Shown piece by piece: positions 1-8,936 of a stretch of DNA of 64,000 nt. The notes under the pieces are model-generated. The model worked only from the letters and a program-made list of their open reading frames with translations. It was not told the DNA's origin and ran no database searches. The translations under genes were made by a program, and so were the position numbers. How positions within the stretch are numbered: the first letter of the stretch is position 1; every line of letters begins with the position of its first letter. The stretch is from Dehalococcoidia bacterium. GTDB taxonomy: Bacteria > Chloroflexota > Dehalococcoidia > Lucifugimonadales > UBA3495. The stretch is from positions 2,000,504-2,064,503 of the forward strand of contig OZ244707.1 of NCBI GenBank assembly GCA_965218875.1. Reading direction: 5' to 3'.

Positions 1-337
1 CGACTGAGTGGCCGGCGGCGCTCCAGATGTTCTCGCTGTTGACCCCGCAAAGGTACAGCGGCTCCATCTCCTCGATGCCCAGCTGCTGAAGATAGTGGAC
101 CCTGCCGTGGCGGGCCTCGTTGGCCCACCACCATTTGGGCATGCTCGCGGCCAGCTCCAGGTATGACCTCTTGTGGGGGTCCACCCAGCCCTCTTCCGGG
201 ACCTCCACCACCCACTGCTCGCCGCGCGGCCCCTGCTGCCTGAAGGCCCTCAACTCCCCGTTTCGGATGCCCTCCCTTATCGTGCGCTGAGATACGTTTA
301 GGCGCAGGGACGCTTCCTGAATGGTCAGTCGTTCCAA
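1..337 (-). CDS. Helix-turn-helix DNA-binding protein (excisionase/MerR-type HTH); 3' end lies outside the window
   Basis: Not in the ORF track because it runs off the edge. Reading the minus strand from TTG 337..335 (AAGGGG 5 nt upstream) gives LERLTIQEASLRLNVSQRTIREGIRNGELRAFRQQGPRGEQWVVEV..., a typical excisionase-family HTH N-terminus. Confidence 0.55.
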   Translation of the reverse strand, partial: MERLTIQEASLRLNVSQRTIREGIRNGELRAFRQQGPRGEQWVVEVPEEGWVDPHKRSYLELAASMPKWWWANEARHGRVHYLQQLGIEEMEPLYLCGVNSENIWSAAGHSV

Positions 338-381
338 TTTAGCCCCTTATCGGTCCTATTGCGGGTGGGTCCGGACGTGAA

Positions 382-641
382 CCAGGATCATTCGATTATC
401 CCGTGATGCCGAACGCACTCCCCTGTAGGACCATGGTGATTCAGAAAGATCCCTCATATGTCGTTCCGACAGAGCGGAGCGACGAGGAAACTAAACTTCT
501 TCACCGCGGGTCCGGCTGCCGGACAACGAACCGTCTATAAAGTAGGGCTTTAAATTCCTCGGCTGCGCTCGGAATGACAATGGCAGGCCTCTTAACAGCA
601 CGTCGTTGGCTACCCTCCCAACAATAATCGAATGATCCTGG
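382..641. mobile_element. MITE-like non-coding element (element A)
   Basis: Perfect 18-bp terminal inverted repeat: CCAGGATCATTCGATTAT (382..399) versus ATAATCGAATGATCCTGG (624..641). The interior holds REP-like units (GTCGTTCCGAC..GAGGAAAC; AATTCCTCGG..CGGAATGAC) that recur in other intergenic elements here. Confidence 0.7.
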
Positions 642-688
642 GACGTGCCCCCGGCCGGCGGCGGCGCGGAGTGCGGGACGCGCCGGGG

Positions 689-2392
689 TCAAGGGCTTTG
701 GTTTATCAACGGGTCTTCTATGGTGTCCGCCAGGGAGCCTCCCGGGGGCACCATGGGGTACACGTTGGCCACCGGCTCGACGACGAACTCGATCAGGAAG
801 GGGCCGTCGTAGGCTTGGGCCTGGCGCATGGCCGGCATGACGTCCTCCTGATGGGTCACGCGCACCCCGGGAATCCCGTAGGCTTCGGCCAGCTTCACGT
901 AGTCCGGGCCGGGCACGGGCACCGCCTTTAGATGGTCCTGGAAAAACAGCTCCTGCCATTGGCGGACCATCCCCAGGTAGCCGTTGTTAATGAGGGCGAT
1001 CTTGACCGGCAGCCCCTCTTCGGTGGCCGTAGCCAGCTCCTGCAGGGTCATTTGGAACCCGCCGTCTCCGGCTATGCTCCACACGGTGGCTTCCGGGCGG
1101 CCTGCCTGGGCGCCCAGCGCGGCGGGCAGCTCGAATCCCATGGCGCCCAGGCCCCCTGAGGAGACCAGCGTGTCCGACTCGTTGAAGGCCAGGAATTGGG
1201 CGGCCCACATCTGGTGCTGGCCCACGCCGGTTACCACCACCGTCTCCGAGTTTTCCCGCATCAAGTCGCTGAGGCTGGACAGCACCCGCTGGGCCTGCAG
1301 GCTGTCCGATACCGGGATGGACAGGGACGGGTGTTCCCGTTGCAGCCGGCGGATGTGGTCCATCCATTCGCCGCAATCAACCCTGGACACCAGGGGCAGC
1401 AGCGCGCGCAGCACCGCCTTGGCGTCGCCCACCAGGGGCACCTCTACGGGCACGTTGCGGCCCACCTGGGACGGCTCGATGTCCAGGTGAATCACCCGGG
1501 CGTGGGGGGCGAACGTAGACACCTTTCCCGTCACCCGGTCGTCGAATCTCATGCCTAGGCCGATTATGAGATCGGCCTGGTCCACTGCTATGTTGGACCA
1601 GTACATGCCGTGCATCCCCAGCATCCCCAGGCTCAGGGGGTGGTTGGCCGGGATCCCGCCCAGGCCCAGCAGCGTGGTGATCACCGGTATGCCGGTGGTC
1701 TCCGCCAGTTGCTTCACCTCCGGCGACGCGCCCGAGGCAAGAACGCCGTGTCCGCTGATGATGACCGGCCGTTGGGCCTGGCTGATCAACCGGGCCGCCT
1801 GGTGGACCGCTTCCAGCGTCTCGGAGCAAAGGGCGGGAAGCGCCGGTCCGGGTAGGTCGTCGAACTCCGCGTCGGCTTCTTCCAGTTGAACGTCCCGGGG
1901 GACGTCGATCAGCACCGGCCCCGGGCGGCCCTCCGACGCGGTCTGGAAAGCCTCTCGGATGGTGGGCGCCAGGTCCTTGGCGGACATGACCATGAACGAC
2001 TTCTTGGTGCAGGAGGCCGTGATGGCGCAGATGTCGCACTCCTGGAACGCCTCTGTGCCCAGGGAGGCCCGCGCCACCTGGCCGGTGATGGCGACCATGG
2101 GCACCGAGTCGGCCTTGGCGCCCATGATGCCGGTGACCAAGTTGGTGGCGCCGGGGCCCGAGGTGGCGACGCAGACCCCGGGTTTGCCCGTGACCCGGGC
2201 GTAGCCGTCGGCGGCGTGGGCCGCCGACTGCTCGTGCCGGACCAGGATGTGCCGCAGCTGCGGGTAGGCCCACAGGGCGTCGTAGAAAGGGAGTATCGCC
2301 CCTCCGGGATACCCAAAGACTACTTCAATTCCCTCTCGCAGCAGGCTTTCGCAGATTATTTCCGAACCCTTGAGTCTCTTCGTAACCTTCAC
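689..2392 (-). CDS. Acetolactate synthase (AHAS) large-subunit paralog, TPP-dependent, monocistronic
   Basis: 567 aa with the AHAS N-terminus GSEIICESLLREGIEVVFGYPGGAILPFYDAL...HEQSAAHAADGYARVTGKPGVCVATSGPGATNLVTG and a C-terminal TPP motif (GDGGFQM). GTG start with ACGAGG upstream. No small-subunit gene follows. Confidence 0.85.
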   Translation of the reverse strand: MKVTKRLKGSEIICESLLREGIEVVFGYPGGAILPFYDALWAYPQLRHILVRHEQSAAHAADGYARVTGKPGVCVATSGPGATNLVTGIMGAKADSVPMVAITGQVARASLGTEAFQECDICAITASCTKKSFMVMSAKDLAPTIREAFQTASEGRPGPVLIDVPRDVQLEEADAEFDDLPGPALPALCSETLEAVHQAARLISQAQRPVIISGHGVLASGASPEVKQLAETTGIPVITTLLGLGGIPANHPLSLGMLGMHGMYWSNIAVDQADLIIGLGMRFDDRVTGKVSTFAPHARVIHLDIEPSQVGRNVPVEVPLVGDAKAVLRALLPLVSRVDCGEWMDHIRRLQREHPSLSIPVSDSLQAQRVLSSLSDLMRENSETVVVTGVGQHQMWAAQFLAFNESDTLVSSGGLGAMGFELPAALGAQAGRPEATVWSIAGDGGFQMTLQELATATEEGLPVKIALINNGYLGMVRQWQELFFQDHLKAVPVPGPDYVKLAEAYGIPGVRVTHQEDVMPAMRQAQAYDGPFLIEFVVEPVANVYPMVPPGGSLADTIEDPLINQSP

Positions 2393-2544
2393 AGCGGCCT
2401 CGTAGTTTGCCGGTGTCGTCCGGGCGCCCCGATTGGGTTGGCCGAGCCGGCGTCGAATTGGTGGGCCCCAGGCCCCAGACTTGTTACCCCGTGTCTATAA
2501 CGTTTGGGTCCCAAACGTTCCCCTGCCAAGAGCGCCGTTGCAAC

Positions 2545-2845
2545 CAGCAAAGAAAAGCCCCGTCCCCTTATTAGGGACGGGACTTCATTCAATCCCGCGG
2601 TACCACCCTATTTGTCCCGGGTTCTCCGGGGCCTCCTCAGCAGGGCACCAACATGCCCCGTCGTTGCTAACGGGCGACGACCCCGGCCTGGCTTACTCGC
2701 TCTTCCCCAGGATCTTCCCAGATTGGAAGGCCTTCAGCCGGCGGCTCCGGAGGGATTTTCTCGTGAGCTAGGCGGGCCTGCTTCCACCGTACCAGGCTCG
2801 CTATCCGCCGCCGCTACGTTACTCGTCTCCATCACAGCCTTTGTA
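2545..2845 (-). promoter_or_regulatory. T-box leader (tRNA-sensing riboswitch) upstream of the AHAS paralog
   Basis: On the minus strand: stem I base GUGAUGGAGACGAGUAAC, AG-bulge AUAGCGAG, T-box sequence AAUAGGGUGGUACCGCGGG (2594..2608 on plus), then terminator CCCGUCCC-UAAUAAG-GGGACGGG followed by GCUUUUCUUU (2545..2581). Confidence 0.8.
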
Positions 2846-2851
2846 GTGAAG

Positions 2852-2881
2852 ACCGTACCACAATGCCGGTTTTGGTGTCAA
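2852..2881 (-). promoter_or_regulatory. Putative sigma70-type promoter for T-box leader 1
   Basis: Minus strand TTGACA (2881..2876), 18-nt spacer, TACGGT (2857..2852), just upstream of the stem I base. Confidence 0.45.
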
Positions 2882-2949
2882 TATTCAGAGGCGGGTGCAA
2901 AACAGGAGCTGACCTGAAGTCGGCTCAGGCGTGAAAAGGCCCCGGCGGC

Positions 2950-3180
2950 TTACTCCGGATCCCCGTCCTCCAGCCAGCCGTACCGCTGGGCCAGCCGCAC
3001 CCACAGCCGTCGGGTCTGAGCCGTGTCCCTTCGCACCTCTTCCAGCAAATCGCCCAAGTGTTCCAAGCTGGCCTGCTGCCGCTCGGCTATTGAAGTCAGT
3101 AAACCGACTTGCGCCTGTTGCCCTTCGGCGATGGACTCCAGCCTTTCCACCCTTCTCTCTATGTCCCCGGTCATGGCCAT
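2950..3180 (-). CDS. Small coiled-coil protein, unknown function
   Basis: 76-aa ORF with heptad-like ERRVERLESIAEGQQAQV...; purine-rich GGGGGCGAGGG immediately before the ATG and a perfect TATAAT upstream. Confidence 0.45.
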   Translation of the reverse strand: MAMTGDIERRVERLESIAEGQQAQVGLLTSIAERQQASLEHLGDLLEEVRRDTAQTRRLWVRLAQRYGWLEDGDPE

Positions 3181-3206
3181 CCCTCGCCCCCTATGCCGTT
3201 GCCACC

Positions 3207-3234
3207 ATTATACAGACGGCAAGTTGCACAGCAA
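3207..3234 (-). promoter_or_regulatory. Putative promoter of the small coiled-coil gene
   Basis: Minus strand TTGCTG (3234..3229), 16-nt spacer, TATAAT (3212..3207), about 25 nt before the ATG at 3180. Confidence 0.45.
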
Positions 3235-3651
3235 GCCTTGACACCCTTGGGCCAGGCATAGGCTAGATTCGCTACAGCCCTAGAGGTACCTCTGCGAGTA
3301 TGCACCGGGACGGGGCCACGTGCCCCCTTGCTAGCTCGCCGTGGGATAAGAGAACTGTACCGAGTGCCTAATCCTGGTGCTCGAGGGGGCTTCTGGAAAT
3401 GGAGGTCAAGGCTGCGCGGATTCAGGGGAGCCGGATTATCTTTCGACCGACCAAGTTGATCTTCCCGGGCCGCATGGAGTACGACGGCGAACGTGTCATT
3501 CGGGGCTTTATTCATGCCCAAAGGCGAGTTTTTTGCTCGCCTCGATATCGCGAATTTCCCCGCAACGACGCGTCTCCTGGGGCGCCCCTAGCAGTGATCT
3601 ATGCAGCAAGCAGGACCGGCCTTGGCGGTGTGATAGTATGGACTTCGGTAT

Positions 3652-4257
3652 ATGAGTGTGGTCAATGGTCCTAACTCGGTGGAAAGCCAACCGAGATTCG
3701 TACGCAATATCGCCCTGCTGCCCGGGGAAACCGTCAGCCACGTGTTCTCTCCGGACCTGGGACTCACCCAGGCCCCCCCCGGCAACGGCCAGGTGTTGGT
3801 GGCCACCAACTGCCGGATTCTGGCGTTCCGGCGCAGCGAGGGTCGCAACGAGACCTTCCTGGCGCCGCTGGAGGAACTCAGGGTGGTCGCCCTCCAGGCC
3901 CATTCCCGAAGCCTGCTCTCCATGTTGCAGGGCTTTTTCCTGCTGCTCGTCGGCATCTTCCTTTACCTGGCGGTGGCCTACTGGATAACCGGCCGCATCC
4001 CCGGGCCCGCTGTTCCCGGGATAAACATGGACCTGGCTCCGCTGCTCATGTTGCTACTCGGCGTGATGGTGGTGGTGGTTATGGGACGGCGATACCTGGT
4101 CAAGGAGGAGGGGTCGGTGTCCTTCCGGGGCGGAGACTGGCGGTTCGAGTTTCCCTACCGGGGAGAGAGGGCCGGCCGGGACCTGTACGAGATGCTCAAC
4201 AGCGTGTTGGCGTCTCGCCTGTCCGGCAACGGCCGCCCTTACCTTTGGGAGGACTGA
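3652..4257 (+). CDS. Hypothetical membrane protein (soluble N-terminal domain plus two predicted TM helices)
   Basis: 201-aa ORF with hydrophobic stretches LLSMLQGFFLLLVGIFLYLAVAYWI and LAPLLMLLLGVMVVVVMG. No family recognised. Confidence 0.5.
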   Translation: MSVVNGPNSVESQPRFVRNIALLPGETVSHVFSPDLGLTQAPPGNGQVLVATNCRILAFRRSEGRNETFLAPLEELRVVALQAHSRSLLSMLQGFFLLLVGIFLYLAVAYWITGRIPGPAVPGINMDLAPLLMLLLGVMVVVVMGRRYLVKEEGSVSFRGGDWRFEFPYRGERAGRDLYEMLNSVLASRLSGNGRPYLWED

Positions 4258-4320
4258 CCCGGCGCCGCCGGTCTTTGGTCCGTCTTTGAATGGAAATGGC
4301 CGCGGATGGAAGGGCCCGCC

Positions 4321-5358
4321 CTAGCCCAGGGTCAGGCCCGGGTCTATGTCCAAGTCCAGACCGAACTGCTGCCCGCGCCGGTATTGATAGTAGGCGCAGG
4401 CGGCTATCATCGCGCCGTTGTCGGTGCATAGGATGGGCGCGGGAACGATGACGGGAAGGTGGGAACGCCGGGCTACCTCCTGGCGCAGCAGGGCGTTGGC
4501 CGCGACCCCTCCGGCGAGGACCAGCCCCTTCGCCCCGTACTGCCCGGCCATGTCCAGTAGCTTCCGAGACAAGACGTCCACCACCGAGTCCTGGAATGCC
4601 GCCGCTAACTCCCGGACCGCCTCTCCGGCCTCCGGGCCAGTCAGGGCCTCGCTGGCCTGGGGGTATAGCCCCTGGTCCCGGGCCAGGTGCAGCATGGCTG
4701 TCTTAACCCCGCTAAAGCTAAAGTCCAGGGTGTCCCTCATCCAAGCCCGGGGCAGATGGTGGTGGCCGGCCGCGCCCTCGGCCGCCCGTTGAATCTCCGG
4801 GCCGCCGGGAAAGCCCAGTCCCAGGATGCGCGCCGCCTTGTCGAAGGCCTCCCCCGCCGCGTCGTCCCGGGTCCGCCCCAGCAGGCGGTAGTCGCCGTGG
4901 CCCTGCATCAGTATCAGGTCGGTGTGGCCGCCGGAGGCTATCAGGCAGGCCAGCGGAAACCCGGGGTCTTCCGCCGGGTCCCCCGGTCCCAGCCAGGAGG
5001 CATAGATGTGGGCCTCCAGGTGGTTGACCCCCAATAGGGGCGCGTCCAGGGCGAAGGCCATGGCCTTGGCGGCGTTGAGCCCGGTGATCAGCGACCCGGC
5101 CAAGCCGGGCCCATAGGTCACCGCCACCGCGTCCACGTTTTCCAGCGGCAAGCCGCTGCCGGCCAGGGCTTTCTCCAGCACCGGCGCCAGGTCCCGGACG
5201 TGCTGACGGGAGGCCACCTCGGGTACTACGCCGCCGTACTGGGCGTGCAGCTCCACCTGCGAGGAGATGACGTTGGAGCGGACCCGCCGGCCGTCGGCCA
5301 CGACGCCGATGGCCGTCTCGTCGCAGGAGGTCTCGATGCCCAGAATGTTCAAGCTCAT
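4321..5358 (-). CDS. tsaD: tRNA N6-adenosine threonylcarbamoyltransferase TsaD (Kae1/Gcp family)
   Basis: MSLNILGIETSCDETAIGVV...QYGGVVPEVASRQH...GPGLAGSLITG is the canonical TsaD signature. I start at ATG 5358; the 145-aa upstream extension in the track ORF has no homology-like content. Confidence 0.9.
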   Translation of the reverse strand: MSLNILGIETSCDETAIGVVADGRRVRSNVISSQVELHAQYGGVVPEVASRQHVRDLAPVLEKALAGSGLPLENVDAVAVTYGPGLAGSLITGLNAAKAMAFALDAPLLGVNHLEAHIYASWLGPGDPAEDPGFPLACLIASGGHTDLILMQGHGDYRLLGRTRDDAAGEAFDKAARILGLGFPGGPEIQRAAEGAAGHHHLPRAWMRDTLDFSFSGVKTAMLHLARDQGLYPQASEALTGPEAGEAVRELAAAFQDSVVDVLSRKLLDMAGQYGAKGLVLAGGVAANALLRQEVARRSHLPVIVPAPILCTDNGAMIAACAYYQYRRGQQFGLDLDIDPGLTLG

Positions 5359-5503
5359 TGTCGTCTCCGGGCGCCCAGCATAAGTTCCCGGCGCGGACCC
5401 GTCAACTTTACACTCCTGAAAGGCCGATGCTATCATCGGACTCAAACACCCCGGCTCGAACACCCCGGGCTCCGGCTGGACCCCAGCTTGTGCCCGCCCG
5501 CCG

Positions 5504-6808
5504 GTGGAGGTGCCGCCCGAAATGGATGCCGCTGACTTATCGAGGTTAGTCTTACTGCTGGTGGGAGTGGCCCTGTCGGCGTTCTTTTCAGCCTCCGAGA
5601 CGGCGTTTATCGCCCTCCCCCGCGCCCGTTTGCTGCACCTGACCAGGATCGGGCGGCCGGGCGCCGGCCGCGTCAACCAGTTGCTCCAGCGCCCGGACAA
5701 GTTCCTCAGCACCGTGCTCTGGGGCAACAACCTAGTCAACACCGCCGTGGCCGCCTTGGGCACGGCGCTGGCGGTGAGCCTGATTGGCAACAACGACTAC
5801 GTGGCGGTGCTGGCCGCGACGCTGGGGGTCACCCTGTTGCTGCTGGTTTTCGGCGAGGCGCTGCCCAAGACCTTCGCCTGGCACCGCTCGGAGAGAGTGG
5901 CCTTTGCCGTGTCGCGTCCCCTGATGGCGGTGGGATTCGCCCTGGCGCCGGCGGTGAAGGCGCTGCAGGTGTTCACTTCCGCGGCCAACCGTTCCCTGGG
6001 GGTTACCAGCGAGTTCCCCCAGATGGGCGAGGAGGAAATTCGCACTCTGATCGCCGCCGGCGCCCAGTCCGGGACGGTGGAGGCCGGCGAAGCCGCCCTG
6101 CTTGAAAAGGTGTTCCGGTTCGGCGACCGGCAGGTGCAGGAGATAATGACCCCCCGGCCCGAGATCGTTTGGCTGGAGCGGGGAGCCACCCTGGAGGCGT
6201 TCCTGGCCATATACTCCAAGCACCGCCACACCAGGTTCCCGGTCTACGAGGGGACCATGGAGAACGTGGTGGGCGTGCTGGCCATCAAGGACGTTCTCTT
6301 GGCCATGGGCCAGCAGCGTCTCCGGCCCCAGGCCAACGTCACCAACTACCTCAGGCCGGCCCACTTCGTTCCGGAAACCAAGACGGTGAGCAGCACCTTT
6401 AGCGAGATGCAGCACAACGGGTACGGGATGGTGCTTACCGTGGACGAGTTCGGCGGCATCGCCGGTCTGGCTACTCTGAAGCAGCTTCAGGAGGTCATCG
6501 TCGGCCAGCTGCGGGAGGAGGGCGCCGCGCCGGAGGAGGCCTTTGTTCCCCTGGATGAGCACACCTACCGGGTCTACGCCGGCGCCGGTATCCTGGACAT
6601 CAACGACGAGTTGGGAGTGGGCCTCCCCGAGGGAGACTACCAAACGGTGGCCGGTTTCATTCTCGACAGGCTCGGCCGGATCCCGGAGGAGGAGGACGTG
6701 CTGGAGTACCAGGACCTGAGGCTCACCGTCAAAGCCATGGATGGGGTTAGAATCGACCAGGTGGAGCTGCGCCGGATACACAGCGGACAGGACGTCGGAG
6801 ACCGATGA
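5504..6808 (+). CDS. CNNM/HlyC-CorC family transporter-associated protein (DUF21 + CBS pair + CorC_HlyC)
   Basis: N-terminal TM domain with SASETAF, central CBS-like region (IMTPRPEIVWL...VYEGTMENVVGVL) and C-terminal CorC/HlyC-like end (TVAGFILDRLGRIPEE). The start may instead be ATG 5522. Confidence 0.85.
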   Translation: MEVPPEMDAADLSRLVLLLVGVALSAFFSASETAFIALPRARLLHLTRIGRPGAGRVNQLLQRPDKFLSTVLWGNNLVNTAVAALGTALAVSLIGNNDYVAVLAATLGVTLLLLVFGEALPKTFAWHRSERVAFAVSRPLMAVGFALAPAVKALQVFTSAANRSLGVTSEFPQMGEEEIRTLIAAGAQSGTVEAGEAALLEKVFRFGDRQVQEIMTPRPEIVWLERGATLEAFLAIYSKHRHTRFPVYEGTMENVVGVLAIKDVLLAMGQQRLRPQANVTNYLRPAHFVPETKTVSSTFSEMQHNGYGMVLTVDEFGGIAGLATLKQLQEVIVGQLREEGAAPEEAFVPLDEHTYRVYAGAGILDINDELGVGLPEGDYQTVAGFILDRLGRIPEEEDVLEYQDLRLTVKAMDGVRIDQVELRRIHSGQDVGDR

Positions 6809-7422
6809 AGCTGGTCATGGTGCGGCACGGGGAAACCGAGTGGAACAAGCTGGGCAAGTTTCTCGGCCATCACGACGTCTCCCTGAACGACCGGGGCCTG
6901 TCCCAAGCTAAGGAAACCGCGCGGGCGGTGACGGACTGGAAGCACAAGGCCGTCTACTCCAGCCCGTTGCGGCGCACCATGCAGGTGGCCCAGGAAATCT
7001 CCCGGCTTAGCGGCATGCCCGTGTCGCCGGTCCCGGGCTTGATGGAGCTGAGCCTGGGGGAGCTCGAGGGGGTCACGGGTGACGAAATGCGCTCCGGTTG
7101 GCCCGAGGTCTACGATGCCTGGCGGGACGACCCGGCGGGCGTCGTCATGCCCGGCGGCGAGTCCCTGGCGGAGCTTCAGGAGCGGGCTTGGAACTCCCTG
7201 GTGGAGCTGGAAGAGGCCCGCGTCGAGGATGAATACCTCATCCTGGTGTCCCACAATTTCACCATTCGCGCCATAATCGGAAGGTTGTTGGGGATGCCCC
7301 TGGCCAACTTCCATCGCATGTCCCTCAGCTTGAGTTCGATCTGCGTGATCGAAAGCAGCCAGTGGGGGCGCCGCCTGGTCAGCTACAACTCCACCTGCCA
7401 CCTGTCGCCGGAGAACCAATAG
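6805..7422 (+). CDS. Histidine phosphatase family protein (phosphoglycerate mutase-like)
   Basis: MKLVMVRHGETEWN... RHG catalytic motif and later SHNFTIRA (H of the second motif). ATGA overlap with the preceding gene. Confidence 0.8.
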   Translation: MKLVMVRHGETEWNKLGKFLGHHDVSLNDRGLSQAKETARAVTDWKHKAVYSSPLRRTMQVAQEISRLSGMPVSPVPGLMELSLGELEGVTGDEMRSGWPEVYDAWRDDPAGVVMPGGESLAELQERAWNSLVELEEARVEDEYLILVSHNFTIRAIIGRLLGMPLANFHRMSLSLSSICVIESSQWGRRLVSYNSTCHLSPENQ

Positions 7423-7430
7423 GGCAGCCG

Positions 7431-8936
7431 GTGACCCCCGTCGCCCGCCTGGAAAGAGAAGTGGCCGCCGCGCTGCGCAGGGCGGGTTACTCCGGCAGTG
7501 GGGCCTCCCTGGTGGTGGGGGTGTCCGGCGGCCCCGACTCCACCGCCCTTCTGCACTGCCTCCATCGCCTCAGCGAGCAGCACCAACTGTCCCTTCACGT
7601 GGCCCACCTGGACCACAACTTCCGGGGCGAGGAGGCCCACGAGGACGCCCGGTTCGCCGCAGCGCTGGCCCGTGAATTGGGCCTGGGCGCTACGGTTGAG
7701 GAGAGGCACGTTGGCGGGGAAGGGCCGCAAGAGGCGTCGTCCTTCGAACAGGTGGCCCGGGAGGTACGCTACGCCTTCCTGGCGGAGGTGGCCAACCGGG
7801 TGGGCGCCGCCGCCGTCGCCGTGGGCCACACCGGGGACGACCTGGCGGAAACGGTGTTGCTTCATATTCTGCGGGGCTCCGGAAGCCGGGGCCTGCGGGG
7901 CATGACTGAGCTATCTCCCTGGCCCTGGTCCCAGGCCGGCCCGTCGTTGAGGCTGTTCCGGCCTTTGCTCCAGTGCACCAAGGCGGACACCGAGGGCTAC
8001 TGCCGGGACCTGGGCCAGACCTACCGGGACGACAGCGGGAATTACCTTTCGCGCTTCGCCCGCAACCGGGTCCGCATGGACTTGTTGCCCCTCCTGGCCC
8101 GGGAGTACAACCCGCGCATCCGGGACTCGCTGGTCGGGTTGTCCCGGGTCGCCACCCAGGAACTGGACTACCTGGAGGGCGAGGTGGACCGGCTTTGGGA
8201 CCAAATGGCCTTGGCGGACCAGGACGCCGTGGAGTTCTCCCAGCCGGGCCTGGTGTCTCTTCATCCGGCGCTGTTGAATCTGGTGCTGCGCCGGGCCTAT
8301 GCCCATCTCCGCGGGGACACCCGCGCCTTGGGCAGGCGTCACCTGGACGCCATGGGGGAGTTGGTCCTGGCGCCGGCCGGGGGGCGCAGCCTGGACCTGC
8401 CGGGGAGGCTGAAATTTCACCGCTCCCACCAACAAGTGTGGTTGACCCGCGACGCAGGCATCCCGTGTCCCTTTCCGGCCATCGAGGGGGAGTATTGGCT
8501 GGACATCCCCGCAAATTGCGAAGGCCTGGCCCCCGTCACGGTTGGACCCTGGCGAGTGTCCCTGGGCCCCGGCGGGTCCGCCGTCCCGGTGCAAGAAACC
8601 CGAGCCGGGTCGAAGGGACCGTCATCCCCCCAGTCCTGGACCGCCCGCTTTCACCGGGCCGCCTTGGGGGATGGGGTACGGATAAGGGGTTGGCAGGCCG
8701 GTGACCGCTTCCGGCCCCTGGGGCTGGGGGGCGAGAAGAAGCTTCAGGACTTCTTCACCGACGCCAAGGCGCCCCGGTCCTGGCGGCAACGGGTCCCGTT
8801 GCTGGTCGCTGCCGGGGGCATCGCCTGGGTGGTGGGGTACCGCATCGCCGACTGGGCCAAGGCGCCGGAGTCCCCCGCCGCCGGAGACGTGCTGGAGATC
8901 ACCTTCTCTTTGGATGAACTGACGGAGGATGAGTAA
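7431..8936 (+). CDS. tilS: tRNA(Ile)-lysidine synthase TilS
   Basis: PP-loop VGVSGGPDSTALLH, HLDHNFRG, and a C-terminal TilS substrate domain (KKLQDFFTDAKAPRSWRQRVPLL). I chose GTG 7431, which is in frame with the track ORF and just past the upstream stop. Confidence 0.85.
   Translation: MTPVARLEREVAAALRRAGYSGSGASLVVGVSGGPDSTALLHCLHRLSEQHQLSLHVAHLDHNFRGEEAHEDARFAAALARELGLGATVEERHVGGEGPQEASSFEQVAREVRYAFLAEVANRVGAAAVAVGHTGDDLAETVLLHILRGSGSRGLRGMTELSPWPWSQAGPSLRLFRPLLQCTKADTEGYCRDLGQTYRDDSGNYLSRFARNRVRMDLLPLLAREYNPRIRDSLVGLSRVATQELDYLEGEVDRLWDQMALADQDAVEFSQPGLVSLHPALLNLVLRRAYAHLRGDTRALGRRHLDAMGELVLAPAGGRSLDLPGRLKFHRSHQQVWLTRDAGIPCPFPAIEGEYWLDIPANCEGLAPVTVGPWRVSLGPGGSAVPVQETRAGSKGPSSPQSWTARFHRAALGDGVRIRGWQAGDRFRPLGLGGEKKLQDFFTDAKAPRSWRQRVPLLVAAGGIAWVVGYRIADWAKAPESPAAGDVLEITFSLDELTEDE

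Noticed and set aside
501-959. A 152-aa ORF spanning the MITE-like element A and the 3' end of the AHAS paralog.
   Set aside because: It runs through a non-coding repeat (the VIPSAAEEF string is the translated REP-like hairpin) and overlaps the AHAS gene in another frame. It has no family signal.
3239-3265. TTGACA at 3239..3244 considered as a plus-strand promoter for a leader RNA.
   Set aside because: The candidate -10 hexamers (TAGGCT, TAGATT) lie at spacings of 15 and 20 nt, outside the usual 16-18 nt. It is not listed as a feature.
5359-5793. The 145-aa N-terminal extension of the tsaD ORF.
   Set aside because: TsaD homologues start at M-x-ILGIETSCDET. The extension overlaps the divergent CNNM gene start region and has no recognisable content.
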